A stretch of DNA of 64,000 nucleotides from Candidatus Babeliales bacterium (GCA_050250855.1 JBFWNW010000001.1:256001-320000); one strand, 5' to 3'; shown: positions 49,097 through 58,256, counted from the stretch's first letter. Program-made: numbers and translations. The notes: generated by a model from the sequence alone, not told the origin.

Positions 49097-49875
49097 GATG
49101 CGATATCCCATTTTTTTTCAAACGTGTTGATGGTGCCATTATTGATTAGGGTATTTACTGCTTTTTGTACTTCTTGTATCAGTAATGTATTATTTTTCTT
49201 AATGCAAATACCAACGCCATATACTTGATATTCAGGTTTTAATGGTACCTTGAGTAACTGAATTTCTGGATATTTTTTCTTGAATTTTTTTGCAATCGCT
49301 GGTTCTACCAATGCAGCATCTGCTTTGCCATACTGAATGTTGAGTAATGCATCATCAACTTTTTCAGTATATTTTTTAGTGATAGTTTTATACGTACTCA
49401 GCACCGTATCTTGTGATGATGCTGGTTCTACGCATATCGTTTTGCCATTCATATCATCAAGAGAAGTAATGCCTTCTGGTATTTTTTGCCAAAAGAGTAG
49501 CGGGAAATCTGTTACCGTTTCTCCTTGGTAACGAACCATTGCCATAGTTTGTAAACGGTCTTGCGTGATTGACATGCCCCATATAATCGCATCAATCATG
49601 CCTTGGTTGAGAGCAATCAAGAGTGAGCTCATTGAGCCAAGATCTTTGAGTATGAGTTCTTTATTCATAGTTTGTGCAACAGCGCGAATAACATCATAAT
49701 CAAAGCCTTCATACTGCCCTTGATTATTAATACTCATCCAAGGAGCATAATCTCCTGCGGTACCAACAATGAATGGAGAGCGATTGGTGCCGGGGCCAGA
49801 TTCTTTTTTTATATATACCGTGTAGCCTGTCAAGGCTATGAGTGCTGTTACGAGTATTATTATTTTTATATTCAT
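49093..49875 (-). CDS. Polar amino-acid ABC transporter substrate-binding protein
   Basis: VGTAGDYAPW, GFDYD, GMSITQDR; start moved out of the REP. Confidence 0.9.
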   Translation of the reverse strand: MNIKIIILVTALIALTGYTVYIKKESGPGTNRSPFIVGTAGDYAPWMSINNQGQYEGFDYDVIRAVAQTMNKELILKDLGSMSSLLIALNQGMIDAIIWGMSITQDRLQTMAMVRYQGETVTDFPLLFWQKIPEGITSLDDMNGKTICVEPASSQDTVLSTYKTITKKYTEKVDDALLNIQYGKADAALVEPAIAKKFKKKYPEIQLLKVPLKPEYQVYGVGICIKKNNTLLIQEVQKAVNTLINNGTINTFEKKWDIAS

Positions 49876-49901
49876 AATTTCCTTTAAATAGTTATATGCT
49901 G

Positions 49902-49986
49902 TGTTCGTATGCTTCGATAAACTCAGCACGAACGGATTTCTTATTTTTTACCCCGTTCGCCCTGAGCTCGTCGAAGGGTGCGAACA
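49902..49986. repeat. REP-like palindromic pair (family R)
   Basis: TGTTCGTATGCTTCGATAAACTCAGCACGAACGG..CCGTTCGCCCTGAGCTCGTCGAAGGGTGCGAACA. Confidence 0.85.
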
Positions 49987-50273
49987 GAGTTGTTTTTCAA
50001 TACTGCTTGGTAGCCGTGATGGGGTTCATCTTTTAAAAAGCGGGCGACGCGAGTAATCGTTGCCAGGCTTGCTCCCGTAAGGTCATTAATCTCTCGGTAA
50101 GAGAGATTGCCTTCATGTAAGAGTTTGCATACATGCCAGCGCTCAGCTAAAGCAGTAAGCTCTTGTGGTGTGCACAAATCTTTCAAAAAATTAGCCATGA
50201 GTTCAGGCTTTTTTATTGAAATTAGGGTTTTAAAGAGGTCCTGTTCAAGTTTTTTATTGTTATTCTTTTTCAT
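49941..50273 (-). CDS. YerC/YecD (TrpR-like) transcriptional regulator
   Basis: FLKDLCTPQEL.ALAERW, SYREI..TGASLATITRVAR.L...GY. Confidence 0.9.
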   Translation of the reverse strand: MKKNNNKKLEQDLFKTLISIKKPELMANFLKDLCTPQELTALAERWHVCKLLHEGNLSYREINDLTGASLATITRVARFLKDEPHHGYQAVLKNNSVRTLRRAQGERGKK

Positions 50274-50309
50274 ACTAAAATTCCTTTATTTTCAGGTTTA
50301 AAGTGTTCT

Positions 50310-50349
50310 ATTGTTCTATTATGATAGAACAATTCTTGGTAAAAGTCAA
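50310..50349 (-). promoter_or_regulatory. Promoter with an overlapping palindromic operator
   Basis: Minus-strand TTGACT-17-TATCAT; IR ATTGTTCTAT-N4-ATAGAACAAT (50310-50333). Confidence 0.72.
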
Positions 50350-50431
50350 GCCTTTGCCCCCAAACTGTTGCCTTTACAGGAGCGAGTAGGGTAGAACTTG
50401 CAGTAGATTATTACAAGCCAAAGGATTTTGT

Positions 50432-51433
50432 ATGAATAAATTTTTGAAAGCATTATCTGCTGACCTAAAGAAAAAGCTCAAAAAAAAGAAAATGCCATCA
50501 TTTGAAAAACCAATGTTGGCAACGCTTACCAAGGATTATTTTTCTGATAAAGAATGGATTTATGAACGAAAGTTTGATGGCCAGCGCTGTTTAATTTTTA
50601 AAAATTATGATCATATTTCATTAAAATCGCGCAATAATAATTCTTTAAATGCTACTTACCCAGAGCTTGTTGTAGCAGCAAAAAAATTAAAAGCTGATCA
50701 GCTTATTATTGATGGCGAAGTTGTTGCTTTTAAAGGTAAAGTAACGAGTTTTGAAAAGCTGCAGCAGCGCTTAGGAGTTAAAAGCGAACACAAAGCATTA
50801 TCAAAAAATATTCATATTTATATCTATATATTTGATATTTTATATCTTGATGGGTATGAACTTTTAAAGGTGCCTTTGCATGTTAGAAAATCAATTCTCA
50901 AGGCAGCTATTACGTATAAAGATCCCATTCGTTATACCATACATAAAAATACAAAAGGCAAAGAGTTTTTTAACATTGCTTGCAAAAAAAATTGGGAAGG
51001 AATTATAGCAAAAGAACGTAATAGTACCTATGTGCATGCACGTTCACCAAATTGGTTAAAATTTAAATGTGTTGCAAATCAAGAATTAGTTATTGGTGGT
51101 TACACCGATCCAGCTGGTTCACGTGTAGGGTTTGGTGCGTTGCTTCTTGGTTATTATAAAAAAGGAAAATTTATTTTTGCTGGTAAAGTTGGTACAGGAT
51201 TTTCTGATACCTTACTCAGACAACTTTCTGCTCGCTTAAAAAAAATAGAAATAAAGAAGAATCCTTTTCATTCAGATGAAATGGAAGGGCGAAATGTGCA
51301 TTTTGTAAAACCTATTTTAGTTGCAGAAATCGGCTTTGAAGAATGGACAAAAGATAATAAGCTCCGCCAGCCTCGCTTTTTGGGACTGCGTACTGACAAA
51401 GATGCCAAAAAGGTAGTGCAAGAAAAGGCTTAA
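50432..51433 (+). CDS. ligD: ATP-dependent DNA ligase, stand-alone LigD-type ligase domain
   Basis: PMLATL, ERKFDGQR, DGEVV, EGIIAK, WLKFK, GKVGTGF, LRQPRFLGLRTDK. Confidence 0.85.
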   Translation: MNKFLKALSADLKKKLKKKKMPSFEKPMLATLTKDYFSDKEWIYERKFDGQRCLIFKNYDHISLKSRNNNSLNATYPELVVAAKKLKADQLIIDGEVVAFKGKVTSFEKLQQRLGVKSEHKALSKNIHIYIYIFDILYLDGYELLKVPLHVRKSILKAAITYKDPIRYTIHKNTKGKEFFNIACKKNWEGIIAKERNSTYVHARSPNWLKFKCVANQELVIGGYTDPAGSRVGFGALLLGYYKKGKFIFAGKVGTGFSDTLLRQLSARLKKIEIKKNPFHSDEMEGRNVHFVKPILVAEIGFEEWTKDNKLRQPRFLGLRTDKDAKKVVQEKA

Positions 51434-51494
51434 AACTCTTGTATTTTAAGAGGTTTTTATGCTATTTTTTTAGGTAAAGCAAGGAGTAGGAACC

Positions 51495-51836
51495 ATGATC
51501 TACATTGACCCATTTTTGCTCTATATTAGGGCTTTTATTGCTGCCGTAGGGGTAGCAGTGATTACCGTAGGAGCATTACGCTCTCTCTACCAACTATTTC
51601 GGTTAGTGGTCTATGAGGATATTACCAGTAATACTATTAGGCTTGAATTTGGTAATAGTGTTATTTTGGGGCTTGAATTTATGGTAGGTGCTGATATTGT
51701 TGGTTCATTAGTTGAGCCGGATTATTATAACCTTGGCCTTCTTGCTATTATTGTTTTGATTAGAACCGTATTGAGTTATTTTTTAAATGCTGAACTTGAA
51801 GCTCTTTCGCCAAGACAGCGAAAAGCATTACATTAA
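51495..51836 (+). CDS. DUF1622 membrane protein
   Basis: IRLEFG...LGLEFMVGADI; IVLIRTVLSYFL. Confidence 0.85.
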   Translation: MIYIDPFLLYIRAFIAAVGVAVITVGALRSLYQLFRLVVYEDITSNTIRLEFGNSVILGLEFMVGADIVGSLVEPDYYNLGLLAIIVLIRTVLSYFLNAELEALSPRQRKALH

Positions 51837-51850
51837 AAAAAGGAAGAATC

Positions 51851-52339
51851 ATGAAAAAACTTTTACATAAAACGCGTATTTCAATACCAGAAAAAAAACG
51901 TGTTGCATTAATTGCTCTACTTAATAAAACATTAGCATCAGTTGCTGATTTATACGCGCAGTTAAAACAGGCCCATTGGAATATAAAAGGTATGGAATTT
52001 ATTGCGGTTCATCTTATGCTGGATACGATTGCAGAAGAAGTTGAAGAACACGTTGATATTGTTGCAGAACGCGTTACAACACTTGGCGGAACAGCATTAG
52101 GGACGTTGCAAGAAGCGGTAAAAAATACGCAATTGCGTACGTATCCGACTGATATTTTTGCTATCAAAGATCACCTTGAGCATTTAGCACATAATTTTGC
52201 TATTTTAGGTGAACTATCAAGAAATAATGTTGATGAAACGGAAGAGCTTGATGATATGGGTACTAATGATCTTTATATTGATTTAGTACGTATGCTTGAT
52301 AAAAATCTTTGGTTTATTGAAGCGCATTTACAAAAATAA
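51851..52339 (+). CDS. dps: DNA starvation/stationary phase protection protein Dps
   Basis: KQAHWNIKG.EF..VH..LD; D.VAER...LGG; LDKNLWFIEAH. Confidence 0.95.
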   Translation: MKKLLHKTRISIPEKKRVALIALLNKTLASVADLYAQLKQAHWNIKGMEFIAVHLMLDTIAEEVEEHVDIVAERVTTLGGTALGTLQEAVKNTQLRTYPTDIFAIKDHLEHLAHNFAILGELSRNNVDETEELDDMGTNDLYIDLVRMLDKNLWFIEAHLQK

Positions 52340-52385
52340 GTTTTTTTCTAAGTAATTTATTTTTTTATAGTTATTATTTTAATTA

Positions 52386-52797
52386 ATCTGAGCCCTTGCC
52401 CAGGCGGGGCTAGCCCCTTTTCAAGCGCTTTATCTTTCGATACATTTTTCCTAACGGAAAAACACTCAAGATGAGCGCATAAATATAATTTCTATTTTAT
52501 TCCGCTCGCCCTGAGTGATTTACGTAGTAAATTGTATCGAAGGGTCATAACTCGGCTTCCAGATTTTTTATTAAAATCTGAGAAGCTCTCAAACAGATGA
52601 GCTTTCAAGGTGCACTAAACTATTTTTTATACCTTCAATCCGGTAGCGAATCAGCGACCTGAAGACAAGGCTGAAAGCCGAAGGATGAGTGGTTGATGTT
52701 TGAGCGGGCAAGCGGATCCAACAGCATGTTGGTGTATTTTTGTCCAGTCCTTTTGTACAAGCAAAAGGGGCTGGTTCTGCCCCGAATAGGGGTCGTT
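52386..52797. mobile_element. MITE-like composite element (family M), copy B, with an embedded family R pair (52425-52545)
   Basis: 52546-52775 nearly identical to copy A (CATAACTCGGCTTCCAG...GTACAAGCAAAAGGGGCTGG). Confidence 0.72.
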
Positions 52798-52934
52798 AAA
52801 CTTAGAAATGTTAGAAATGTATTGAAAGATCGAGTGCACAGTTCATAGTAATTAATTGTTAAAAAGCGGTATTTGACTTTTTCTTCCTTTTACCAGTAGG
52901 ATGAGTACTACTGATCTATAAAAAGGGAGTTTTT

Positions 52935-53747
52935 ATGAAAAAAAAATATAGTGCATTATTCTTACTGTTTTCTTCAATTCTTAGTGCGCGTCATGATTAT
53001 GATCAATCTGGTCCATTGTTTCAACCTTATTCATTCACGGTTAGAGGTGGCATAGCGCCTTCTGTTTTTGCCTATCGCGGAACTATTTTTTCTGCCGTTG
53101 CTAATTTGAACCCCTTAATTCTTGAAGCTTTTAAAGATGCAAAATTTGGAAAAATGTGGCGCAACTATCCTGCCAATATAGATTTTGATTTTGGTTATGC
53201 GCTTTCAAATCATACAGAGCTTTTTGGTGAATTTAATTATCGTTATGCAAAAGAAAATAACTTTTTTTTTATTTCTGGGCAAGAAACGGGATTTCCGACA
53301 ACATCTTTACCAAACCTTAATAAATTTCAATCGTTTGCAGGTTATGCAGGGTTTAGATATTTTTTTAATAGGATTGCATCAGAAACATTTTCTTTTTTTC
53401 TTGGCTTGAAATTTGGTTTAGTTAACTATAGAAAAGTAAATGCAAAACCATTAATAATAAAAAATTTTTTTGGAGTGCTTGAGCAAAATGCGGTATGGTT
53501 TAGATCGCATAATGTTTGCAGTGGTGGATTGCAAGTAGGGTTTGATACGTTAGTTGCAGAATCAATATCATTGTTTTCAACAGCAGAGGTAGTTGTTTCA
53601 GGAGGGTTAAGATCTAACATTAATATTGTTAAACAGGACCAATCTGTTTTTCAAGGGTTTACTAATATAATTCGGGAATCATCTGGGCCGCTGATTTCAT
53701 TTCCTCTAACTTTAGGTGTACGTTATTATTTTGGTGGTTGTAAGTAA
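52935..53747 (+). CDS. Putative outer-membrane beta-barrel protein, paralog 1
   Basis: Signal peptide; alternating strands; ends LGVRYYFGGCK. Confidence 0.72.
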   Translation: MKKKYSALFLLFSSILSARHDYDQSGPLFQPYSFTVRGGIAPSVFAYRGTIFSAVANLNPLILEAFKDAKFGKMWRNYPANIDFDFGYALSNHTELFGEFNYRYAKENNFFFISGQETGFPTTSLPNLNKFQSFAGYAGFRYFFNRIASETFSFFLGLKFGLVNYRKVNAKPLIIKNFFGVLEQNAVWFRSHNVCSGGLQVGFDTLVAESISLFSTAEVVVSGGLRSNINIVKQDQSVFQGFTNIIRESSGPLISFPLTLGVRYYFGGCK

Positions 53748-53853
53748 GTAATGCTTAAAGCATATATACTTTTATCCATTACTTATAATATGTTTTGACT
53801 TTTATTATGTTTTTACATTAATGACGATGAAATTTATAAAAAAGGGAGTCTTT

Positions 53854-54669
53854 ATGAAAAAAAAATATTGTGTATTAGCCTTACTCTTTTCTTCAGTTCT
53901 TAGTGCGCGTCATGATTATGATCAATCTGGTCCATTGTTTCAACCTTATTCATTTACTGTTAAAGGCGGCGTAGCGCCTTCTGTTTTTTCATATAAAGGA
54001 AGTTTATACGCAGCAGTAATAGGTTTTAATCCTTTAGTATTTCGAGGAGCAAGTAATCCTGCTTTTAATAGCATGTGGAGTAATTATCCAATAAATATAG
54101 ATTTTGATTTGGGCTATGCACTTTCAAATCATGTTGAACTTTTTGGTGAATTTAATTATCGCCATGCACGCAGAAAGCAGTTGTCATTTGAAGGAATCTC
54201 TCCATTGGGAACATTTGGTACGCTTTTTCCCCACTTAGATAATTTTCAAGCATTTGGCGGATACGCAGGATTTCGCTATTTTTCAAGACGCTTTGCCTGT
54301 GATGCACTTTCCTTTTTTGTTGGTTTAAAATTTGGTACGGCACATTATCAAAAAGTGAGAGCAAAACCGTTGCATATTGTAAATGCTCAAGGGCAAATTC
54401 TTGATCAAAATAGTACATGGTTTAGATCAAATTCTGTGCCAAGTGGTGGTTTGCAAACGGGGTTTGATGTATTAGTTGCAAAATCGTTTTCATTATTTTT
54501 TAATGCAGAGTTTGTTGCTTCAGCAGCACCGCGACCATTGACGAATTTTGTAAAAAAAGATCAGGGCATTTTTCCAGCATTCACCAATCTGATACGTGAA
54601 AGCTCTGGAACGTTATTTTCATTCCCTTTCACGCTCGGCTTGCGCTACTATTTTGGCGGTTGTAAATAG
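53854..54669 (+). CDS. Putative outer-membrane beta-barrel protein, paralog 2
   Basis: Identical SARHDYDQSGPLFQPYSFTV start and RYYFGGCK end. Confidence 0.72.
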   Translation: MKKKYCVLALLFSSVLSARHDYDQSGPLFQPYSFTVKGGVAPSVFSYKGSLYAAVIGFNPLVFRGASNPAFNSMWSNYPINIDFDLGYALSNHVELFGEFNYRHARRKQLSFEGISPLGTFGTLFPHLDNFQAFGGYAGFRYFSRRFACDALSFFVGLKFGTAHYQKVRAKPLHIVNAQGQILDQNSTWFRSNSVPSGGLQTGFDVLVAKSFSLFFNAEFVASAAPRPLTNFVKKDQGIFPAFTNLIRESSGTLFSFPFTLGLRYYFGGCK

Positions 54670-54693
54670 AATATTTTTTGAAAGAAGTTTTAG

Positions 54694-54728
54694 ATAAAGG
54701 CGATGATAATCCATCGCCTTTATTTTTT
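54694..54728. terminator. Intrinsic terminator between convergent genes
   Basis: ATAAAGGCGATG-N6-CATCGCCTTTAT followed by a T tract. Confidence 0.8.
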
Positions 54729-55323
54729 ATGAATACTTTTCAACGATTTGTTTGTTATGCTGAATTGCATTAAGATCATCAATAATCATTTTTGCTTGCC
54801 ATGTCTCATAAGAGTTTCTAATACCTGCTCCAATGAGAAGACCGGATAATGCACTAGCAACTAAAGAAAGAACTCCTTCTTTACTGCAAACTATGTGCCA
54901 AGAGGCGTCTGTTTTTGGACAAAAAGCCAATGTTGTGTAGCCAAGCCCAAATCCTATTGCTAGAGGTAGAAGTCCATAGGAGAACCACTTTTTATCTTGG
55001 TACTTATTTAACGCAAATTTAAGATAAAAAGATAGATCTGTGCTACCAATTTTTGTTAATTTAGCAGCGTCTGCTTTTTGGGCTGAGCTTTCATGATCAG
55101 GCCAGAGTACAAAACAACTTTCATCAGTAAGATTATTTTTTTTAATGTAATCTTTTCTGAACTCAGTATGATAACTATAGGCAATATCATTGTAGATAGC
55201 ATCATAACGTATGCTTATGGAGTGTGTAAAACTATCTATTACTGTATCAAGATTGTCCTGATCACCGATTGCTGTGGCGATAAAACTTGCCAAAATAACA
55301 CTGAAAATGATTTGTTTATGCAT
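54727..55323 (-). CDS. Hypothetical exported protein with a hydrophobic hairpin
   Basis: Signal peptide; two C-terminal Gly-rich TM segments. Confidence 0.65.
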   Translation of the reverse strand: MHKQIIFSVILASFIATAIGDQDNLDTVIDSFTHSISIRYDAIYNDIAYSYHTEFRKDYIKKNNLTDESCFVLWPDHESSAQKADAAKLTKIGSTDLSFYLKFALNKYQDKKWFSYGLLPLAIGFGLGYTTLAFCPKTDASWHIVCSKEGVLSLVASALSGLLIGAGIRNSYETWQAKMIIDDLNAIQHNKQIVEKYS

Positions 55324-55353
55324 AGCTGAATTCCGCTAAAAAAATGATTATAA

Positions 55354-55968
55354 TTACACACTATACAGCATAGGCATAGTTTTTGCCATATCAATATCGC
55401 ATACAATCGTTTTTTGTGCATTTTTGTTAGTTAAAAGCAAAGTGAACTTTTCTTGATAATCATCAGTGCGCACAAAAATAGTATCTTGAATACTTTCTTT
55501 AGGTGCAATCAATTGATCTTGTGAATTAGAAAGACATTTTTTGTCTAACTTGTTATTAGCTTTTTCTTCAAGGGCAGAATGTGCTGCACCAGGAATAGCC
55601 AAGAAGGGGTTAAAGAATGAACCAACTTTCCAAACAAGAGTACGTAAAAAGGTATTGCGGTGAGTGTCTTTGGCAACTACAGCAGACGGTACAACTTTTA
55701 GGGTAATATCAGTAGGGGTATATTTGATATACTGGTCACTGGTATTACTGATCGTTACTACAATCGGCTGGTAGCCAAAACGTAGGAAATCGCGGCTAAA
55801 CTCTTTAGAACAAGCCTTTTGATCAAGAAGCTTACAGTCGATAATAACTTCGTTGCGTTTGCATAAGCGAGATGCTTGGGCTTTGAAGAACGGATTTTTT
55901 AGGTAGAGTAGACCAGAGGCCCCTAGAGCACACAATGCTACCAAAACAGCTGTTTTTGAAATTTTCAT
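55354..55968 (-). CDS. Hypothetical exported protein
   Basis: N-terminal anchor; GGAGG SD. Confidence 0.7.
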   Translation of the reverse strand: MKISKTAVLVALCALGASGLLYLKNPFFKAQASRLCKRNEVIIDCKLLDQKACSKEFSRDFLRFGYQPIVVTISNTSDQYIKYTPTDITLKVVPSAVVAKDTHRNTFLRTLVWKVGSFFNPFLAIPGAAHSALEEKANNKLDKKCLSNSQDQLIAPKESIQDTIFVRTDDYQEKFTLLLTNKNAQKTIVCDIDMAKTMPMLYSV

Positions 55969-56182
55969 CTAATTTAAACCTCCATAGAATGATTATTCAT
56001 GTTTTAGGATGATTCTTTTTTTTGAGTTTGTCAAAAGGCCCCCTCTTTGTAATTTCAAATAGAAATGAAAAATAGTCATTGCATTTTCTTGCTTTTTTAC
56101 ATAATGCCAGTACACTACTCCGTTAATGAAGCTTTTAAGAGTTTAAAATGTGTCACCATTTTTTACACGCAAAGGGCCTCTT

Positions 56183-56464
56183 ATGAACGATGTGAAGCTT
56201 AAAGTAGTAATATTAATGCTTCTGGCAGGAGTAGGATTTTTAGGGGCTATGGAAGAGAAAAAGCAGGCTTATGATCTGAGCAAAATTCTTTCTCTTTTGC
56301 AAGAGAGGCCAGAGCTTCAGAGTATTCTGAAAGCTGATAGGCCAGATAATAAATATTTTAATCCAGGAAGTCGTCAACGCATTTGTGCTTTATTGCCCGC
56401 AAATTTGACGCCAAAGGAAGAAACAAGAATATATAAAAGATTGGTTCAAACCTATCAGCAGTGA
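56183..56464 (+). CDS. Small exported protein (signal + ME)
   Basis: GFLGA-MEEK. Confidence 0.6.
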   Translation: MNDVKLKVVILMLLAGVGFLGAMEEKKQAYDLSKILSLLQERPELQSILKADRPDNKYFNPGSRQRICALLPANLTPKEETRIYKRLVQTYQQ

Positions 56465-56559
56465 CCATTTTCTCTGATTTTGCTTTACAAACAGGGTGTT
56501 TTTAGTGATACTAGGGTACTATAGCCTTGTTTATTTATTACCTTTATAAGGAATCTGAT

Positions 56560-56769
56560 ATGAAAAAAGATTTACATCCAGAACTTAATGAGATCACCGC
56601 TCAATGTACCTGTGGTAACGCATTTGAAACACGTTCAACAATGCCTGAGCTAAGAGTTACTATTTGCTCAAGCTGCCATCCATTCTTTACGGGCGATCAA
56701 AAATTTATTGATACTGCCGGCCGTATTGAAAAGTTCGAAAAACGTTACAAAAAACCTTCAAAAAACTAA
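56560..56769 (+). CDS. rpmE: 50S ribosomal protein L31 (Zn-binding type)
   Basis: MKKDLHP, CTCG, CSSCHPFFTG, GRIEKF. Confidence 0.96.
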   Translation: MKKDLHPELNEITAQCTCGNAFETRSTMPELRVTICSSCHPFFTGDQKFIDTAGRIEKFEKRYKKPSKN

Positions 56770-56772
56770 TTT

Positions 56773-57840
56773 ATGTCACTAGATTGGGCTGCTCTCCAAA
56801 AACGTTATGAAGAGATTGGTCAGCAGCTTTCTACTTCTTCATTAGATCAGCAATTACGCCAGAAGCTTCAGAAAGAGGCTTCTCAGCTTTCTGCTTTGTT
56901 GCAAAAACATACTGCTTTGCAAGATGCACAAAAAAAGATTGATATAACTAAAGCAGAAATGCAGGAAGTAACAGATTCTGAGCTTAAAGTTCTTTATCAA
57001 GAGGAGCTTGCAGAATGTGAACAGCATATGCACGATGTACAGCAAGAGCTTGATAATCTTTTATACCCGCCCGATGAGCGCGATAATCGTTCAGTGTTTT
57101 TAGAAATTCGTGCCGGTGCTGGTGGGCAAGAAGCAGCGCTTTTTGCCGGAGATCTTATGAAAATGTACACCAACTATGCTATGAGCAAGGGGTGGCAGGT
57201 TTCTGTTGTTGATCTGAGCGAAACTGATCTTGGTGGCATTCGTGATGTTACCTTGCACATTGAAGGTAAAGGTGTTTTTGGTTGCTTGAAGCGTGAAGCG
57301 GGTGTGCATCGTGTACAGCGTGTACCAAAAACAGAAACGCAAGGTCGCGTGCATACCTCAACAGCAACGGTAGCGGTATTACCAGAAGCACAAGAAGTTG
57401 ATGTCAAAATTAATCCTGCAGATTTGCGTATTGATACGTATCGCGCAGGTGGTGCTGGTGGCCAGCATGTCAATAAAACAGATTCTGCTGTTCGTATTAC
57501 CCATATTCCAACGGGCGTTGTTGTTGCATGCCAAGATGAACGTTCTCAGCATAAAAACAAAGCAAAAGCAATGAAGATGTTGCAGTCGCGTATTTATGCT
57601 GCTGAGCGTGAAAAGCATGAAGCTGAACTGGCCAAAGAACGCAAAGAAATGGTTGGCACAGGAATGCGCGCAGAAAAAGTACGTACGTACAATTATCCAC
57701 AAAATCGTATTACGGATCATCAAGTTGATCTTACGCTTAAAAAATTAGATATTGTCATGGAAGGTCCTGCATTACAAGAAATTATTGATGCACTCGTGGC
57801 TTTTGATAAAGAAGAGCGTAGGAAAAACGTAAAGATTTAA
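56773..57840 (+). CDS. prfA: Peptide chain release factor 1
   Basis: PKT (PxT) motif, [12 protein letters not shown]. Confidence 0.96.
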   Translation: MSLDWAALQKRYEEIGQQLSTSSLDQQLRQKLQKEASQLSALLQKHTALQDAQKKIDITKAEMQEVTDSELKVLYQEELAECEQHMHDVQQELDNLLYPPDERDNRSVFLEIRAGAGGQEAALFAGDLMKMYTNYAMSKGWQVSVVDLSETDLGGIRDVTLHIEGKGVFGCLKREAGVHRVQRVPKTETQGRVHTSTATVAVLPEAQEVDVKINPADLRIDTYRAGGAGGQHVNKTDSAVRITHIPTGVVVACQDERSQHKNKAKAMKMLQSRIYAAEREKHEAELAKERKEMVGTGMRAEKVRTYNYPQNRITDHQVDLTLKKLDIVMEGPALQEIIDALVAFDKEERRKNVKI

Positions 57841-57904
57841 TGTAAATTTTTTTTAGTTTAATTTTTTATATCTCTTTTAAAAAACTATATTCTTATTTTT
57901 GTAT

Positions 57905-58256
57905 ACCTCACGGCGCCCTCATGCCCAGCCGTCGCTCTTTGAGCTATGGCGGACACGGCAGATTGATGATTCGCTACCGGCTTGAATGTATAAAATAATT
58001 TTATGCACCTTGAAAGCTCATATGTTTGAGGGCTTCTCAGATTTCTTGCCCGGCGTAGCTTTTTAAGCGAAGCCTGGGTAAAAATCTGGAAGCCGAGTTA
58101 TGAGCGCAGAGAGATACATAAGAGTCTTCTCTTATGTGCCCTTGTATCAAAGGTATTGGGCACGCAATACCTTTGTGCCCTGCACCCGGCATGAGGGTGC
58201 CGTGAGATTTTCATATAAGAAAAGAGCGCTCTGCCCTGGGTAGGGGTCGTGAGATA
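57905..58256. mobile_element. MITE-like composite element (family M), copy C, inverted
   Basis: IR ACCTCACGGCGCCCTCATGCC (57905-57925) / GGCATGAGGGTGCCGTGAGAT (58188-58208); reverse complement of the left two-thirds of copy A; extra end at 58231-58256. Confidence 0.75.

Noticed and set aside
31006..56500. Prophage or integrative element at tRNA-Asp
   Set aside because: No integrase, phage or conjugation genes, and no distal repeat of the tRNA 3' end was seen
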